Of a stretch of DNA of 64,000 bases, positions 24,839 through 40,855 are shown piece by piece. Both the position numbers and the translations under genes were made by a program. Origin of the DNA: Dictyostelium discoideum (lineage: Eukaryota); NCBI GenBank assembly GCA_000004695.1, contig CM000155.2, positions 1,888,001-1,952,000 of the forward strand, read 5' to 3'. The first letter of the stretch is position 1. Each line of letters opens with the position of its first letter. Under the pieces are notes generated by a model. That model searched no databases. It worked only from the letters and a program-made list of their open reading frames with translations, and was not told the DNA's origin.

Positions 24839-24885
24839 AAAATTATATATATATATTAAAAGATTTATTATAAAAAATATAAAAA

Positions 24886-24956
24886 GCGTATGTGGTCTAG
24901 TGGTATGATGCATCCCTGCCACGGATGCGAACTGGGTTCGATTCCCAGCATACGCA
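24886..24956 (+). tRNA. tRNA-Gly (anticodon GCC)
   Basis: GCGTATG acceptor stem paired with CATACGC, anticodon stem GCATCC/GGATGC, loop CTGCCAC (U33-GCC-A37), T-arm CTGGG-TTCGATT-CCCAG, discriminator A. 71 nt, no intron. Confidence 0.9.
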
Positions 24957-24977
24957 CAAATTTTACCTAATGATAAA

Positions 24978-24999
24978 TAAGGGCAATGGTTCGATTCCT
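24978..24999 (+). promoter_or_regulatory. external B box (exB) about 22 bp downstream of tRNA-Gly
   Basis: AAGGGCAATGGTTCGATTCCTT is a second B-box consensus (GGTTCGAnTCC) outside the tRNA. The identical 22-mer follows the other tRNA-Gly copy at 39195..39216. Confidence 0.7.
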
Positions 25000-25078
25000 T
25001 TAAATGGAAATCTTGATTATCGTGATCTATTTTTACCAAAAAAAAAAAAAAAAAAAAATTAAAAATATGAATATTATT

Positions 25079-26029
25079 TTATTTTATTAATTTAATATAT
25101 TTAAAATAATTTGATTGTTTAATTGAATCTAAAAATGTAATATGTGAAACTTTTACAAAAATTGAATGTAAATTTGGAAAAGCAGTTGGATCATCATTTA
25201 ATATAATTGGACAAGCATCACCAATAATATGTAATTCTTTAAGTGATGGAAAAATAATTGGTGAAATTAAATGATAACATTTAAAACCTAATTTTAATAT
25301 TTCAATTGTATTTGGTATATTAGATTCTTGAAATTCTACAGGGTATAATGAAACTTGAAATTCAATTAAATTGCATAAACTTTTTAAGCTATTTCCAAGA
25401 TTAGTTAAAATTTTTATATCAATTGAAAGATTATCCAATTTTATTGAACGAATTGATTTAGGAAATTCAATATCTTTACGACTAACAAGTTTTGATACTG
25501 TTAATTTAGTACAATTTGGTGGAATTGATTGATGTGATAAAAATTCAACAACTTTATAATCATTGATTTTATTAAAAAAACTATCAGATAGAGTGGAATT
25601 ATAACTAGACAATGGTGAATATTTTAAAATCATTGTTTCATTTGGTAATTGAATATCCTTATCATAGATGCCACATGAAATTTCTAAAAATTTTAAAGTT
25701 TTTGGTAAAATGCCTTCGGCAATTGGTTGATTGAATGAAGAACCCAGATAAATTACCTCTAGACACTCATTTGGTAACCATTCAATTGATTGATTAAAAA
25801 AAGAGAATTCTAATCGTTTTAATTGTTGTGGTAAACAATCTTTTTTCAATGGTTTACCACCATTATTAAAATCTATTAACTTTAAATACTTTATAGTATT
25901 TGGTAATGTTGATGGTCTTAAATTTTGATTAAAATTTTTTAATTCTAAATTTGTTAAACCATTTGGTAAATCATTTGGATAAATAATTTTATTAAATAAT
26001 CCAATTTTTAATGAAATTAAATTATTAAA

Positions 26030-26089
<60 letters not shown>

Positions 26090-27454
26090 TATTTTATTTT
26101 TAACTTTTGTAATTATTGAAACTTTTTTATTATTTAATGATTTATTATTTAATTGACTAATTTTTAAATATTTTAAATCTATTGGTAAATTTGTTAAATC
26201 GGTTGAATATGAATTAAAATTTAAACTTTTCAAAGAGATTGGGAATAGTTTTGGTTGAATATTTTGTTTCCAATCACTCTGAATTTTAAAATATTTTAAA
26301 TTACTTGGTAATGAATATTCATTAATTTTACTTTTAAATGAATAACCAAACATTAAAAATTGTAAGGATTGTGGTAAAAAACCAGGATAAATAATTTGAT
26401 TAAATCTTGGAAGAATTAATTTTTTTAAGTTTTGTAAATTTGATAAAATGTTGCCTCTAAATGGTCGATTATAAGCTGCTAATCTTAAATCAGTTAATGA
26501 ATTTGGTAATATACCTTCTGATGAAAATTCAATATCAAAACTATGACCAATATATAAATATTGCAATGTATTTGGTAATGAGTTTACTTTTAATTCTCTA
26601 GAAAATTGTGAACCAATTGTTAACTCTACTAAATTTGGTGGTAATAGATTTGGTTTAATCTCTTGAGTGAAACAATTACCTAAATCTAATGAGGTTAAAT
26701 TCTTACCATTACCATTCTGAAAATAGTCATTAAATGACCATCCACGATAAAAATCACCAATTCTTAAATATTTTACTGATTCTGGTATTAAAGGTAATGG
26801 AAATTGATTATATGGAGCAACATTTCTAAAATCAACAAATACAGATTCTAATGTTTTTAAAGGTAATATTAAATTTAAGAAATTTTGATCCATAAATGTA
26901 ATTAACTCTTCTTCTTCTACTTCTTCTTTTTCTTGAAAATTTATATTTTCATTATTATTACCAATAATACTATTTCTACTACTAATACTACCACTACTAC
27001 TACTACTACTTAAACTACTACTACTATTATTATTAAAGCTTCGGTTATTATTAATATTAACATTATTTGAAACCTTTAAACTTTGTCTAAAAGTTTTATT
27101 TTTTTTAGGTTTATTTATTAAAGTTGACATTGGATATTTCTCTTTCTTTTTTATGGTTTTATAATATTTTGAATCATGATTTGTATCATCACTGTCACTC
27201 AAGGATACATCACTATTATTATCACTTAACTCGTCAATTACAAATTCATTGCCATCTGTACAAAAATTTGGAAATGGTGAAAGATGAATTGAATTTAAAT
27301 ATTCTTTAGTTTCTCTTTCTTTAATTGATTGACAATTATTAAAAATTCTTGGCCAATAATTATATGAATATAATTTTAAATGTTGTAAAATATTATCTTT
27401 TATAAAATTATTTCTCCATATTTTAAAAAATAATTTATCATTATTAATTTCTTC

Positions 27455-27457
<3 letters not shown>
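25079..27457 (-). CDS. FNIP-repeat-containing protein
   Basis: 792-aa ORF starting with ATG. About 20 tandem roughly 22-residue repeats of the form LP.sL..L.fG..FNq.I (e.g. LPNSLTDLRLAAYNRPF, LPQSLQFLMFGYSFKSKI, LPSNLKYFKIQSDWKQNI). Typical Dictyostelium FNIP N-terminus (KLFFKIWRNNFIKDNILQHL). Internal N23 tract. Confidence 0.7.

Positions 27458-27460
<3 letters not shown>

Positions 27461-27545
<85 letters not shown>
27461..27545. repeat. (ATT)n microsatellite immediately upstream of the FNIP gene start codon
   Basis: Direct read of the sequence. Confidence 0.9.
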
Positions 27546-27547
<2 letters not shown>

Positions 27548-27720
27548 AAAAAAAAAAAAAAAAAAAAATTTTTAAAAAAAAAAAAAAAAAAAAAAAAGAT
27601 TTGTTGATTGAAAAAAAAAAAAAAGTAAAAAAATAAAAAAAAAAATTATAAATATCTTTTTTTTTTTTTTGTTGGGATATTTTTTTAAGGATTTTTATTT
27701 TTAATTTTAATTGAAATTAA

Positions 27721-28753
27721 TTATTCTAATAATTTTTCTTTAATTTGTTGATCATCATTACTAGTAATAAAAGTTAATTTTGTTGAATCATTAAATTTTA
27801 ATATTGGTTCAAAATCATTTGGAGATATTTGTTTATGATCTAATAAGATTTCAATGATTTCTTTAGTTGAAGTTGTCCAAAAACTAAATGTATTTGTACG
27901 AAAGAATATATTTAATTTTGAATTATTTGGATATTTTCTACGAATTGAAGAGTCAATAAGTTTATTATATTTTTTAAAATCAAAAACTGTAATATTTTTA
28001 ATTTCTTTTAAACTTTCATTTGAGAGATGATCAGTCATTCTTTTAAGATCTAAATCTGATAAATAATTGATCCAACCACCAACATAAATTAATGGAAATA
28101 TAAGGTATGGAAAAGAACTCATTGCCAATGTACCAACTTCAGCTGATAGAGTACCTTGAAATTGAATTCTATACATACTACCAGAACATTGGATTTCATT
28201 ATAATGATCAGTTCTATAAATTATCCAATTGATTTTTGTAATTATATAACAAATTCCACCAATTAGGAAATAAAAAGTTAACCTTTTTTCATGAGTTTTC
28301 TTACCATCCAAAAATATTAATGACCCTGCTAAAATATCTTGAATTCTTTTTCTTTTTTGAAATTGTAAATAATGAGCAACTTGAAAGAAACCTTGAACTA
28401 ATAAAAAGAAAATTATTGAAATTGCAATTAAAAATGAACTATATCTATCATCCTTTAATCCTATTGTACCCAATGTAAATGATAATGAATAATTTGAACC
28501 AGTATCATAAATTTGGTTTATACATGTTGTAACATCATAGTTTTCAATAAAGCAATTATCTAAACTAATTTCTGAATTAATATTATTTGGTTTTGAACAA
28601 CCAGCTACTTGCATTGTATTAAAATTATTAAAAAATCCATATTCACCAAATAAAATTAATGAAAAACTTATACCAAGTTGAATAAAGATTCTAATTGGTT
28701 TTGCTTGAATTGCATTTAAAAATTTTTTAAAATCAAATATAAATTGATTTTCC

Positions 28754-28755
<2 letters not shown>
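27721..28755 (-). CDS. hypothetical multi-pass membrane protein
   Basis: 344-aa ATG-initiated ORF with at least five hydrophobic segments (IRIFIQLGISFSLILFG; FLIAISIIFFLLVQGFFQVAHYL; FYFLIGGICYIITKINWIIY; LAMSSFPYLIFPLIYVGGWINYL). No recognisable domain. Confidence 0.5.
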
Positions 28756-28784
<29 letters not shown>

Positions 28785-29274
28785 TTTATTTATTATTTTA
28801 TTTATTTATAAACAATTAAAAAAATTAAAATAATTATTATTATTTATTATATTATTATATATAAAACATATAAAATAAAAAATAAAAAAAAATTTGTTTA
28901 AATAAAAAAAAAAAAACATTCAACGTGGTATTGCTAAAAATATTTTGGATTGATCCTTCCAGGGTTACATGTTTTTTTTTTTTTTTCAAAAAAATGAGTA
29001 CTTTTTTAAAGTATGAAATAAAATCAAATTAAAAAAAAAAAAAAAAAAAATGGAGATATTTTCACTAATTTGGGGGTTACAACTGAAAAATAAAAATAAA
29101 AAAAATAAAAATAAAAATAAAAATAAACTTTTTGTAGAGTCACATAGAAAATAAAAAAAAAAAAAAAAGGCGACAAACCCGCAGTGCCGCACAAAATTAC
29201 TTTTCACCACTTTAATGCTTAAATTTTTACAGACAACCACCCTTAACTTTTTGTTGTGCAAGGTAATTTTATTT

Positions 29275-29309
<35 letters not shown>

Positions 29310-29313
<4 letters not shown>

Positions 29314-29759
29314 CTTCTTTCTCCAACATTAAAAGACATACGAGTGCCTGGTCCTGATGGATTTAAACCTTCAGTATATTTTCTATTATTATTATTAGAA
29401 TTATTTATTGAATTTGGTTTACCAATTTTCTTTTGATAATTGTGATCAAATTGGTTTATTGAATTTGTTGGAATTGGAGAAGTTTTTAATTCCTCTGTAA
29501 ATTGTTCTTGTTTTTTTAATCTTGAAACTCTAATATTTTCATCATTTTTCTCAATGGTATCATTACTAAATGGTTGTTTATCTTTATTAGCCAACTTTTG
29601 ATTTTCTTTATATCTACCATATAATATATTTGCAATGATAACAACGAAAATTGCAACCCAAATTTCAATATGATATTTGTTTATTGCTTCTGAATAATTT
29701 ACATTTATAATATATTTTGTTACAAGATCCTCTTCATATTCTGATTCTTCTAATCCCAT
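29310..29759 (-). CDS. hypothetical single-pass membrane protein (149 aa)
   Basis: ATG start and acidic N-terminus, one TM helix (HIEIWVAIFVVIIANILYG), N/S-rich tail. Confidence 0.45.
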
Positions 29760-30020
29760 TTCTTTTATTTATTTATTTATTTTTTTTTTTTTTTAATATT
29801 TATATATATATATATATATAAAATTATATTTGTATTGTTTTATTTGTTGCTATTGTGGTGTGTTTGTGTGATGAAAATTACTAAATTAAAAAAAAAAAAA
29901 ACATTAAATAAATTAAAAATATGAATTTTTATTTTTCATTTTTTTATTTTTTTTTATTTTTATTTTTAATTTTTTATTTTTTTTTTCATTTTTGTTTTTT
30001 CACCCACATTTCAAAGAGAT

Positions 30021-31172
30021 ATGAGTTATACAAATACAAAAGAAGAAACCCAAATAATAAATATAGAAAACAATGATATAAAGAAAAGAAAATTTATAGA
30101 AAACAATAATACCAACAATAATACCAACAGCAATACCAACAGTAATAACAAAAATAATAATAATAATAATAATAATAAATCAAATAATAAAAAACAAAAT
30201 AATAATAATAAAAAACCAAGATTAAAATTTACATATGATTATAATTATAAGATAATTAGTCCATTTCAAAAGTTTTTAGATTATGGTATTTGTCCAACTC
30301 TGAATGAACTATATAGTGAATTCTATCATATCCTTAACGAGAATAAATGTCAAAAGTTAAAAATGGAATTAGATGAATTAAAAAAGATGAATAAAGGTGA
30401 TAAACCAATACCAATCGATTTCGATCCAAGTAAAATATGTCATCAACATTCTAAAGAAGATATTGAACAAATCATTTTCGATCCAAATGATAGACACCTC
30501 ATTGAATTGGCAGTCAGAAAATTTTGTGGATTCCTTCAAAAAGAGTCAAATATGGTATTAATGGAAATGATCATTCTATCAATTGGTCTACTAAAATCAA
30601 TTGAATTCTTACATTTCACTTTAGAAATTGAAAGAGATGGTGGTATTTTCACTACTGTCATTCCAAAATCATCACCTAATACAACCACTACTACCACTTC
30701 TACTACTACTACTACTACTACAATAATTAATGATGATAATACCTTAATAACAACAAAAGATTCAAATGAACAAACATCGTCATCATCATCATCATCAACA
30801 GCAATAACTACCAATACTAATTGTAGCAATTCAAAATCTTCATCACAACCAATAACAAGAAGAAGAACACCAGGTGGTGTTTTTTATAAATTAATCAATT
30901 TACATATACCAACAGAATTTAAATCAAATCTTTTTTCGATCTCTTCCTTATTTAAGTATAAGAATGAAAGAAAGAAAAAAGGTTTTGGTACTTTATTAGA
31001 TTTAAAAGATAAACTTTTAGATTTTACCTCAAATAATAGTAATGGCAATAATGATAATAATGAAAATAGTCAAGAACAAATCAACAGCAAGAAATTTAAT
31101 AAATTGTTAAATGAAGTTGATGAAGAATTTGATAAACTTTGTGTTTCTTCAAAAAATGAAATTATGACTTGA
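30021..31172 (+). CDS. hypothetical protein, N/T/S-rich low-complexity regions
   Basis: 383-aa ATG-initiated ORF. Central ordered segment (FQKFLDYGICPTLNELYSEFYHILNENKCQKLKMELDELKKMNKGDKPIPIDFDPSKICHQH...) flanked by poly-N and poly-T. No domain recognised. Confidence 0.45.
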   Translation: MSYTNTKEETQIINIENNDIKKRKFIENNNTNNNTNSNTNSNNKNNNNNNNNKSNNKKQNNNNKKPRLKFTYDYNYKIISPFQKFLDYGICPTLNELYSEFYHILNENKCQKLKMELDELKKMNKGDKPIPIDFDPSKICHQHSKEDIEQIIFDPNDRHLIELAVRKFCGFLQKESNMVLMEMIILSIGLLKSIEFLHFTLEIERDGGIFTTVIPKSSPNTTTTTTSTTTTTTTIINDDNTLITTKDSNEQTSSSSSSSTAITTNTNCSNSKSSSQPITRRRTPGGVFYKLINLHIPTEFKSNLFSISSLFKYKNERKKKGFGTLLDLKDKLLDFTSNNSNGNNDNNENSQEQINSKKFNKLLNEVDEEFDKLCVSSKNEIMT

Positions 31173-31628
31173 TATCATTAATTGGAAATAAAAATAAAAA
31201 TAAAAATAAAAATAAAAATAAAAATAAAATATATGTACTTTGTTATTTGCAACCAACCTAAACAAATTTAATCTTTTTTTTTTTTTTTTAGCTCATTGCT
31301 TCGTTTGGACCATAGAATATAATTTAAATTTGTTGTTTAAACCAAAACAAAAACAAAATAATAATTAAAAAAAAAGAAAAAAAAAATTGGTTTTAATGTT
31401 TATTTCTTTTTTGTTAAACATTAGTTCAAAAACCACTTGAGAAAATAAAATTAAATTTTAAATGTCATTGATTTTTTTTTAGATTTGAATAATCTAGATT
31501 TAATTTAAGGTTTATTAAAAAAAAAAAAAAAATATTATTGCTTAATTTCATTATTGTAAATAAAAATCAATAAACAAATCTAAAAATAAAATAAAAAAAT
31601 TGATGTTGATTATTTTTCAATTATTTTT

Positions 31629-31668
<40 letters not shown>

Positions 31669-31876
31669 AAAATAAAAATCCAATTATTTATTTGAAAATT
31701 AAACCCATCAAATGGTTTGGATTTTTTTTTTTTTTTTTTTTATTTTTTTTTTATTTTTTATTTTTTTATTTTTTTTTTTTCCATGATGAAATTTTTTTTT
31801 TTATTTTTAAATTTTTTTTTTTTTTTTTCAGACTTTTCAATATTAAAAAAAATATTTATTTATATCTTATTTAAAA

Positions 31877-32391
31877 ATGACAGACTATAACTTTGGTTTA
31901 GATGCAGATTTAGCAAATAAAAGAGTTGCATTATATGATAAAGATTTAGAAAACGATACCAGATCTTGGATTGAATCACTCATTGGTGAAAAAATTAATG
32001 GAGATTTAATGGCTGCATTAAAATCTGGTGTTATCCTTTGCAAGTAAGTAAATTAATTTAATAAAATTATGAAAATAAAAATAAAAATAAACTAATCAAA
32101 ACTTTTTTTTTTCATTTTTTTTTTTTTATTTTTTTTAAATATAGATTAGGTAACAAGATTGCCCCAGGATCATGTAAATCATCACCATCATCAGCACCAT
32201 TCGTTCAAATGGAAAACGTTAATAACTTTTTAAATCTCTGTAAAAAACAAGGTGTTGCAACTACTGATCTTTTCATGACTGTTGATTTATATGAAGGAAA
32301 GAACCCAAATCAAGTTATTCAAGGTCTTCAAGCACTCAAAAGAATAACTTCAGGTGGTGGTAAACCAACTACAACTGCTAAATCAGCGTAA
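31877..32391 (+). CDS. calponin-homology (CH) domain protein, calponin/transgelin-like; exons 31877..32043 and 32145..32391
   Basis: WIESLIGEKINGDLMAALKSGVILCK|LGNKIAP...NFLNLCKKQGVATTDLFMTVDLYEGKNPNQVIQGLQALK aligns with the calponin CH domain (..VLCELIN..; ..[27 protein letters not shown]). Donor aa|GTAAGT at 32044, acceptor atatag| at 32144, phase 2. Coordinates near 32341 may be off by 1, because the printed sequence and the ORF track disagree by one base there. Confidence 0.7.
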
Positions 32392-32875
32392 ATTATCAAC
32401 ATTTAAAAAAAAAAAAAACCATCATTTATTTATTACTATCCATCATTATTTTTTTTAATTTATTCAACAACATCAAACTACATATCCATATAATATTATA
32501 TAATTATTTCAAATTTATCCATCATTCCGCTCTTTCAAATTCCCACTACACCTATACCTATACCTATATATCTCTATATATATTTAACAAAAACCACACA
32601 CTCCCCCATCAAAGTATTTATTTTCCAAAAATAAGAAATAAAGAACTAACCTAATAATCATAATTTTTTATAGTCCAACACCATCTACTATTTTTGAAAC
32701 AACCTCAAAGAATACTACAAGTTTTTGTTCACAATGCGGTACCAAAGCCGTCAGTGGGGCTCGTTTCTGTGGTAGTTGCGGTACTGCCATTTAAATAATA
32801 ATTTATAATAAAAAAAAAAAAATAAAAAAAAAGAAATAAAAACAAAAAATAGTAATATTTAAATATGTACAATCG

Positions 32876-32911
<36 letters not shown>

Positions 32912-32979
32912 AAACTTGTCTTTAATAATTAGATTATTTTTATGGTTTTTATTTTATTTTATTTGGTTTTATTTTATTT

Positions 32980-34703
32980 TTATAATTTTGGAGTAATATG
33001 AGACATATCAATTGCAACACCAGTTGAATTTTCATTTAAAACTAAAGGTAAAACTTGACATTTCTTCCAATTCATCCAAGAGTTTTTAATTTCATCTTGA
33101 TTAGTGATAACGATAGCGAATAAAGCATCGAAACCACCAGCACCAGGTACACCAGCAGCAATACAACCATTGATTGACATTGTATGATCAGCCAATTCAG
33201 TTTGTTCAATTGGTTCCAATGGTACATCAGCAATTTTACCCATTTCTCTCATTAATGATCTTATCTTTAAAAATGATTCTCTAATTGTAATTAAAGTTTT
33301 ACCAATATTATTATAAATTAATGAATCTTCATTATTATCATTGTCATTATTATTATTATTATTATTATTTTGAATTGATGATTCCCAATTTGATTGTGAT
33401 AAATTACCGAATTGATTTAAAACTTTATCATATTGTGACTGATTTTCTTTACTTAATTGATTCAATTTAATGAAACAATGTTTAACATTTGTATTTTCAA
33501 TATCCAATTGATTCCAAATTGCATTTGCAAGGGTTGGATCATTCTTTCTCCATTCTAATATCTTTTTAACCATTACTGGTGTATTTGAACCAATACTAAC
33601 ATCTGCTAATAATAAATGTAATCCTCTTGGTAATCCCATATCTAAATGTTTATTATCCCATTCAGTTTCTGAAATACATTTTAATAATTCTTTTGAATTT
33701 GGATATAATTTTGAATCATACTTTTTTTCCAAATATTAGTAAAACTATAAATTAAAAGGAATAAAAAAGAAATAAATGAAGTAAAAACATACTAATTTTA
33801 AGATATCATTAATTAATTCAGGTGAAAATCTTCTATAAACTTGACTACCAAAAACAGCAGAACTAATATCGAAACCACTACCAATTTTACCTTGAGCAAT
33901 ACAATGTGCAACTTGTGCTAAATTATGTAATACAGTTTTATCTTTTTGATTCTCTAAATCGATTGCACCAAAGAATGATAATAAAGATGCTGTTAAACTA
34001 CTAACTAATGCTGCTGATGATCCTAATCCTGTTTTTTGTAATTCTTCAAGTGATCCTATAACTGGTAAGAATTTTGGTAATGATTTCAATGATTCAAATG
34101 AAATACTTAAATTTCTATTTTTTAACTTTTAATAACAATAATAAAATATTAATATATATATATATTTATTATTTTTTATTATTATTTATTTTTTTTTAAA
34201 AAAAAACAACTTACTTGAGGAATTTGAGAATAAAAACCATTATCACCAACGATTGTAATTGAAATTAATTGATAAGAAGAAATTAATTTATTAAAAGATT
34301 CAGTAGTTTGATTTTTATATTCTGATAAGGTTATGAGTGAATAAATGATTGTATTTTCAACATATTTGTTCTCTCTATAGTTTTCATTTCCAAATGGTTT
34401 CAATTGATAGGATTTATTTTCATTACTCTTATTATAATAGATATGATAGGTTTGGCTTGAATGAAATTGTGGTGAAATTACATTTATATCTGTAAGATAT
34501 TCTAATGTTTCAAAACTTGATGTTAAAGTTTCTTTATTATTTGATGGTGATGATGATGATGATTCTGGTTTTAATGAACCTTCAATTGTTGTGTAAAATC
34601 TTGAATCAATTGTAAAAACAATACCGTCATATTTTTTATCCAATACTAAGTATCCACCTGTTACTAAAACTTTACCTGGTGCTGAACAAACAACTCTTTC
34701 CAT
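32980..34703 (-). CDS. phosphomevalonate kinase (ERG8-type); exons 34215..34703, 33793..34125, 32980..33720
   Basis: N-terminal [22 protein letters not shown] (ERG8 SAPGKALLAGGYLVLD), NRNL motif, GHMP-kinase ATP loop [42 protein letters not shown] (identical block in yeast ERG8), and C-terminal [15 protein letters not shown]. Donors caa|GTAAGT and tta|GTATGT, acceptors ...aaaag|, all phase 0. The ORF-track exon starts at 34089 and 33732 are TTG codons. Confidence 0.85.
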
Positions 34704-34757
34704 AGTTTAATTTATAATTTTATCTTTTTTTTTGAAAATAAAAATAATGTTCATCAG

Positions 34758-34800
<43 letters not shown>

Positions 34801-35246
34801 TGAAAATTTGAAAAAAAAAAAAAAGTAATAATCTATTAATAGTTAATATTTTTGAAAATAATTTTTTTTTTTTTTTCAACGAACATTATTTTATTTTTAG
34901 GGGGGGTATCCTTTTTTTTTTTTTTTTTTTTTATATTAATTTTTAATATTATTTTATTAAATTTTTTTTTTAATTTTTTTTTTTTTTCAATAAAGATATC
35001 TTTTACTTAAGAAAAAAAAAAAATTAAAAATATCTTTTTTCTTTTATAGTATTAAAATATCTTTTTTTATTAAACATTGGAAATCATTTTTTTAAAAAAT
35101 ATACCCAAGATCAAAAAAAAAAATATAAATTAAAAAAAATAATTTTTTTTTAATTTATTTTTTTTTTTTTTTTGGAAATTGGTTTTTTCCTTTTTTTTTT
35201 TTTTTTTTTTTGCTTTTCTCATTTTTTAAATAAATAAATACAAATA

Positions 35247-38739
<3,493 letters not shown>

Positions 38740-39194
38740 AATAAAATAATAAAAAAAAATATATATTGTTTTAACAACTATGAACCTTCATAAATAACAA
38801 AAAATTTCATAGAATTCATATCACTCAGATACTTATTTTTGAAACTTTTTTTTTTTTTTTAACTTTTACACGAGGCCAAGGTAGCTCTATATTCAACACC
38901 AATTTCTATTCATACAATATTTTAAACTATTGATTTTTATATTTTGTTCATTGTATTTATCAGTTTTATTTTTGTCACTACCCACAACCTTCTTAATTCC
39001 TTTTTTAATTTTTCTTTTTTTATTTAACAATTTTAAAATAATTTTTTTAAAATGATTACCATTTTCAATAGTTGTCCAAATTCATCTTGGTTTCAAACTA
39101 TAATTGAAACAATTTCATCTTGTATTTCCATGGTTAAAATCTAAAATTATATATCCTTTTTTTAATTGTATTCCTAATGTGGGAGTTCAACAGT

Positions 39195-39216
39195 AAGGAA
39201 TCGAACCATTGCCCTT
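39195..39216 (-). promoter_or_regulatory. external B box (exB) downstream of the second tRNA-Gly (minus strand)
   Basis: The reverse complement of aaggaatcgaaccattgccctt is AAGGGCAATGGTTCGATTCCTT, identical to the element at 24978..24999 and at the same spacing from the tRNA 3' end. Confidence 0.7.
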
Positions 39217-39239
39217 TTCAAGGGAGTGTGAAAAAATTG

Positions 39240-39310
39240 TGCGTATGCTGGGAATCGAACCCAGTTCGCATCCGTGGCAGGGATGCATCATACCACTAGA
39301 CCACATACGC
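39240..39310 (-). tRNA. tRNA-Gly (anticodon GCC), second copy, inverted relative to 24886..24956
   Basis: The reverse complement of 39240..39310 is identical to the 71-nt tRNA-Gly at 24886. Confidence 0.9.
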
Positions 39311-39429
39311 TTTTTATGATTTTTAAATAAATTATCTAATATTTTTTTGTTAAAAAATGTATGCTAATAAACTTTGAATAGGTAACACTCACTTTTTATA
39401 ATTTTTAATTTCAATAAATTCTTATAATG

Positions 39430-40824
39430 GCTAGCATATTTAATATTATATGAACTAACAAAATACTGATTTAAAATTGTAAATGATGATTTGGTAATAT
39501 CAGTTTTGCCCAGTTGTAATGATGTTTTACAAAATTTTAATAATTAAAGTTTATGTTAATAATCATGATATTTGCTTTTAAAATATTATTAATTGATGAT
39601 AATTCTAAATTAAGACAACACCACCTAATACTTGGTAGTACTGAACAATTCTTTTTATAAGCTGAGCGTGAATATTCCCATTCCTTTAAAAATAAATCAT
39701 TTCTTTTTAGTGACATGAATAAACGTAAATTAGATTATCATTAATGGATTCCATGTTTTTGGTAAATATTTTTTAATATTTATTTGGTATATATTTGAAT
39801 AGTTCTTCATATGTTAATTTATTATCTATTTTTAACATTATACCACCAATGGTTTTATGTAAATATCTTTCTATTTCAACTCTTAAACTAATTTCTTCTT
39901 CTTTATTATCATCCTCTTCATCTTCTTTTTCTTTTTCTTCTTTATCATTTTGAAAACCATTGTTATTATTTATTTTTGATAAAAGGGTTCTGAGGAATTC
40001 AACTGATCTATTTAAATTTTAATTTGCAGTCTTTTTAAAATTATCAATTGACATTAATTCATCAGGTAATACTTCGTCATTATATTTTGATAAATATAAT
40101 TCTAATAGTTTATATGATCGTGTCAAGACGATTAATTTTATAAACATTTTTTGAATATGATCCTCTTCATTTTGTTCCAATAATAATAATGATAATTCTG
40201 ATTGCTGATGTTCTTTTGGTTTTTGTTCTCCAAATAATTCTAAACATTTTAATAAAATTTCTAATCTATCTTGATTATTGAAATTTTCACGTTGTTTAAA
40301 TACCATTTTAATATAATATAATAGCTCATATTTAGTTTTGTAATTTATAGTAACTGCTAAATACTCTAATCTAATATTTTTATTTTGACGTTTTATAAAT
40401 TCTAAATTTTTATTTGATTGTTCTGGTTGTTCTTTTATTTTATGATTTATCATAAATACGGGATTAATGTAATACAATGTCTCTTGTTATCAAATAAATA
40501 TGGGATAGAATCAAATGAAAATTCATTATCCATTAAACTCATTGTATATGATTCAAAGTTTGTTGTTGTTGTAGTTGTTGTTTTTGTTGTATTATTATTT
40601 TTATTATTAATATTATTAAGAGTTTCAAGTAATAAATTGATAATTTCATAACCACCATTTTTATATGCAACTTTTATTATTTTTTTAATCTTTCAAAAAT
40701 TCAAAATTCCTTTTTTCAAGTACTAATTGCAATATCTCTTTATATAATTCAATGTTGATTGATCTTTGACATTTTAAGTCGTAGTTTAAACGATCTTTTG
40801 ATGTTATTTCTATTATTTGTGCTC

Positions 40825-40855
<31 letters not shown>

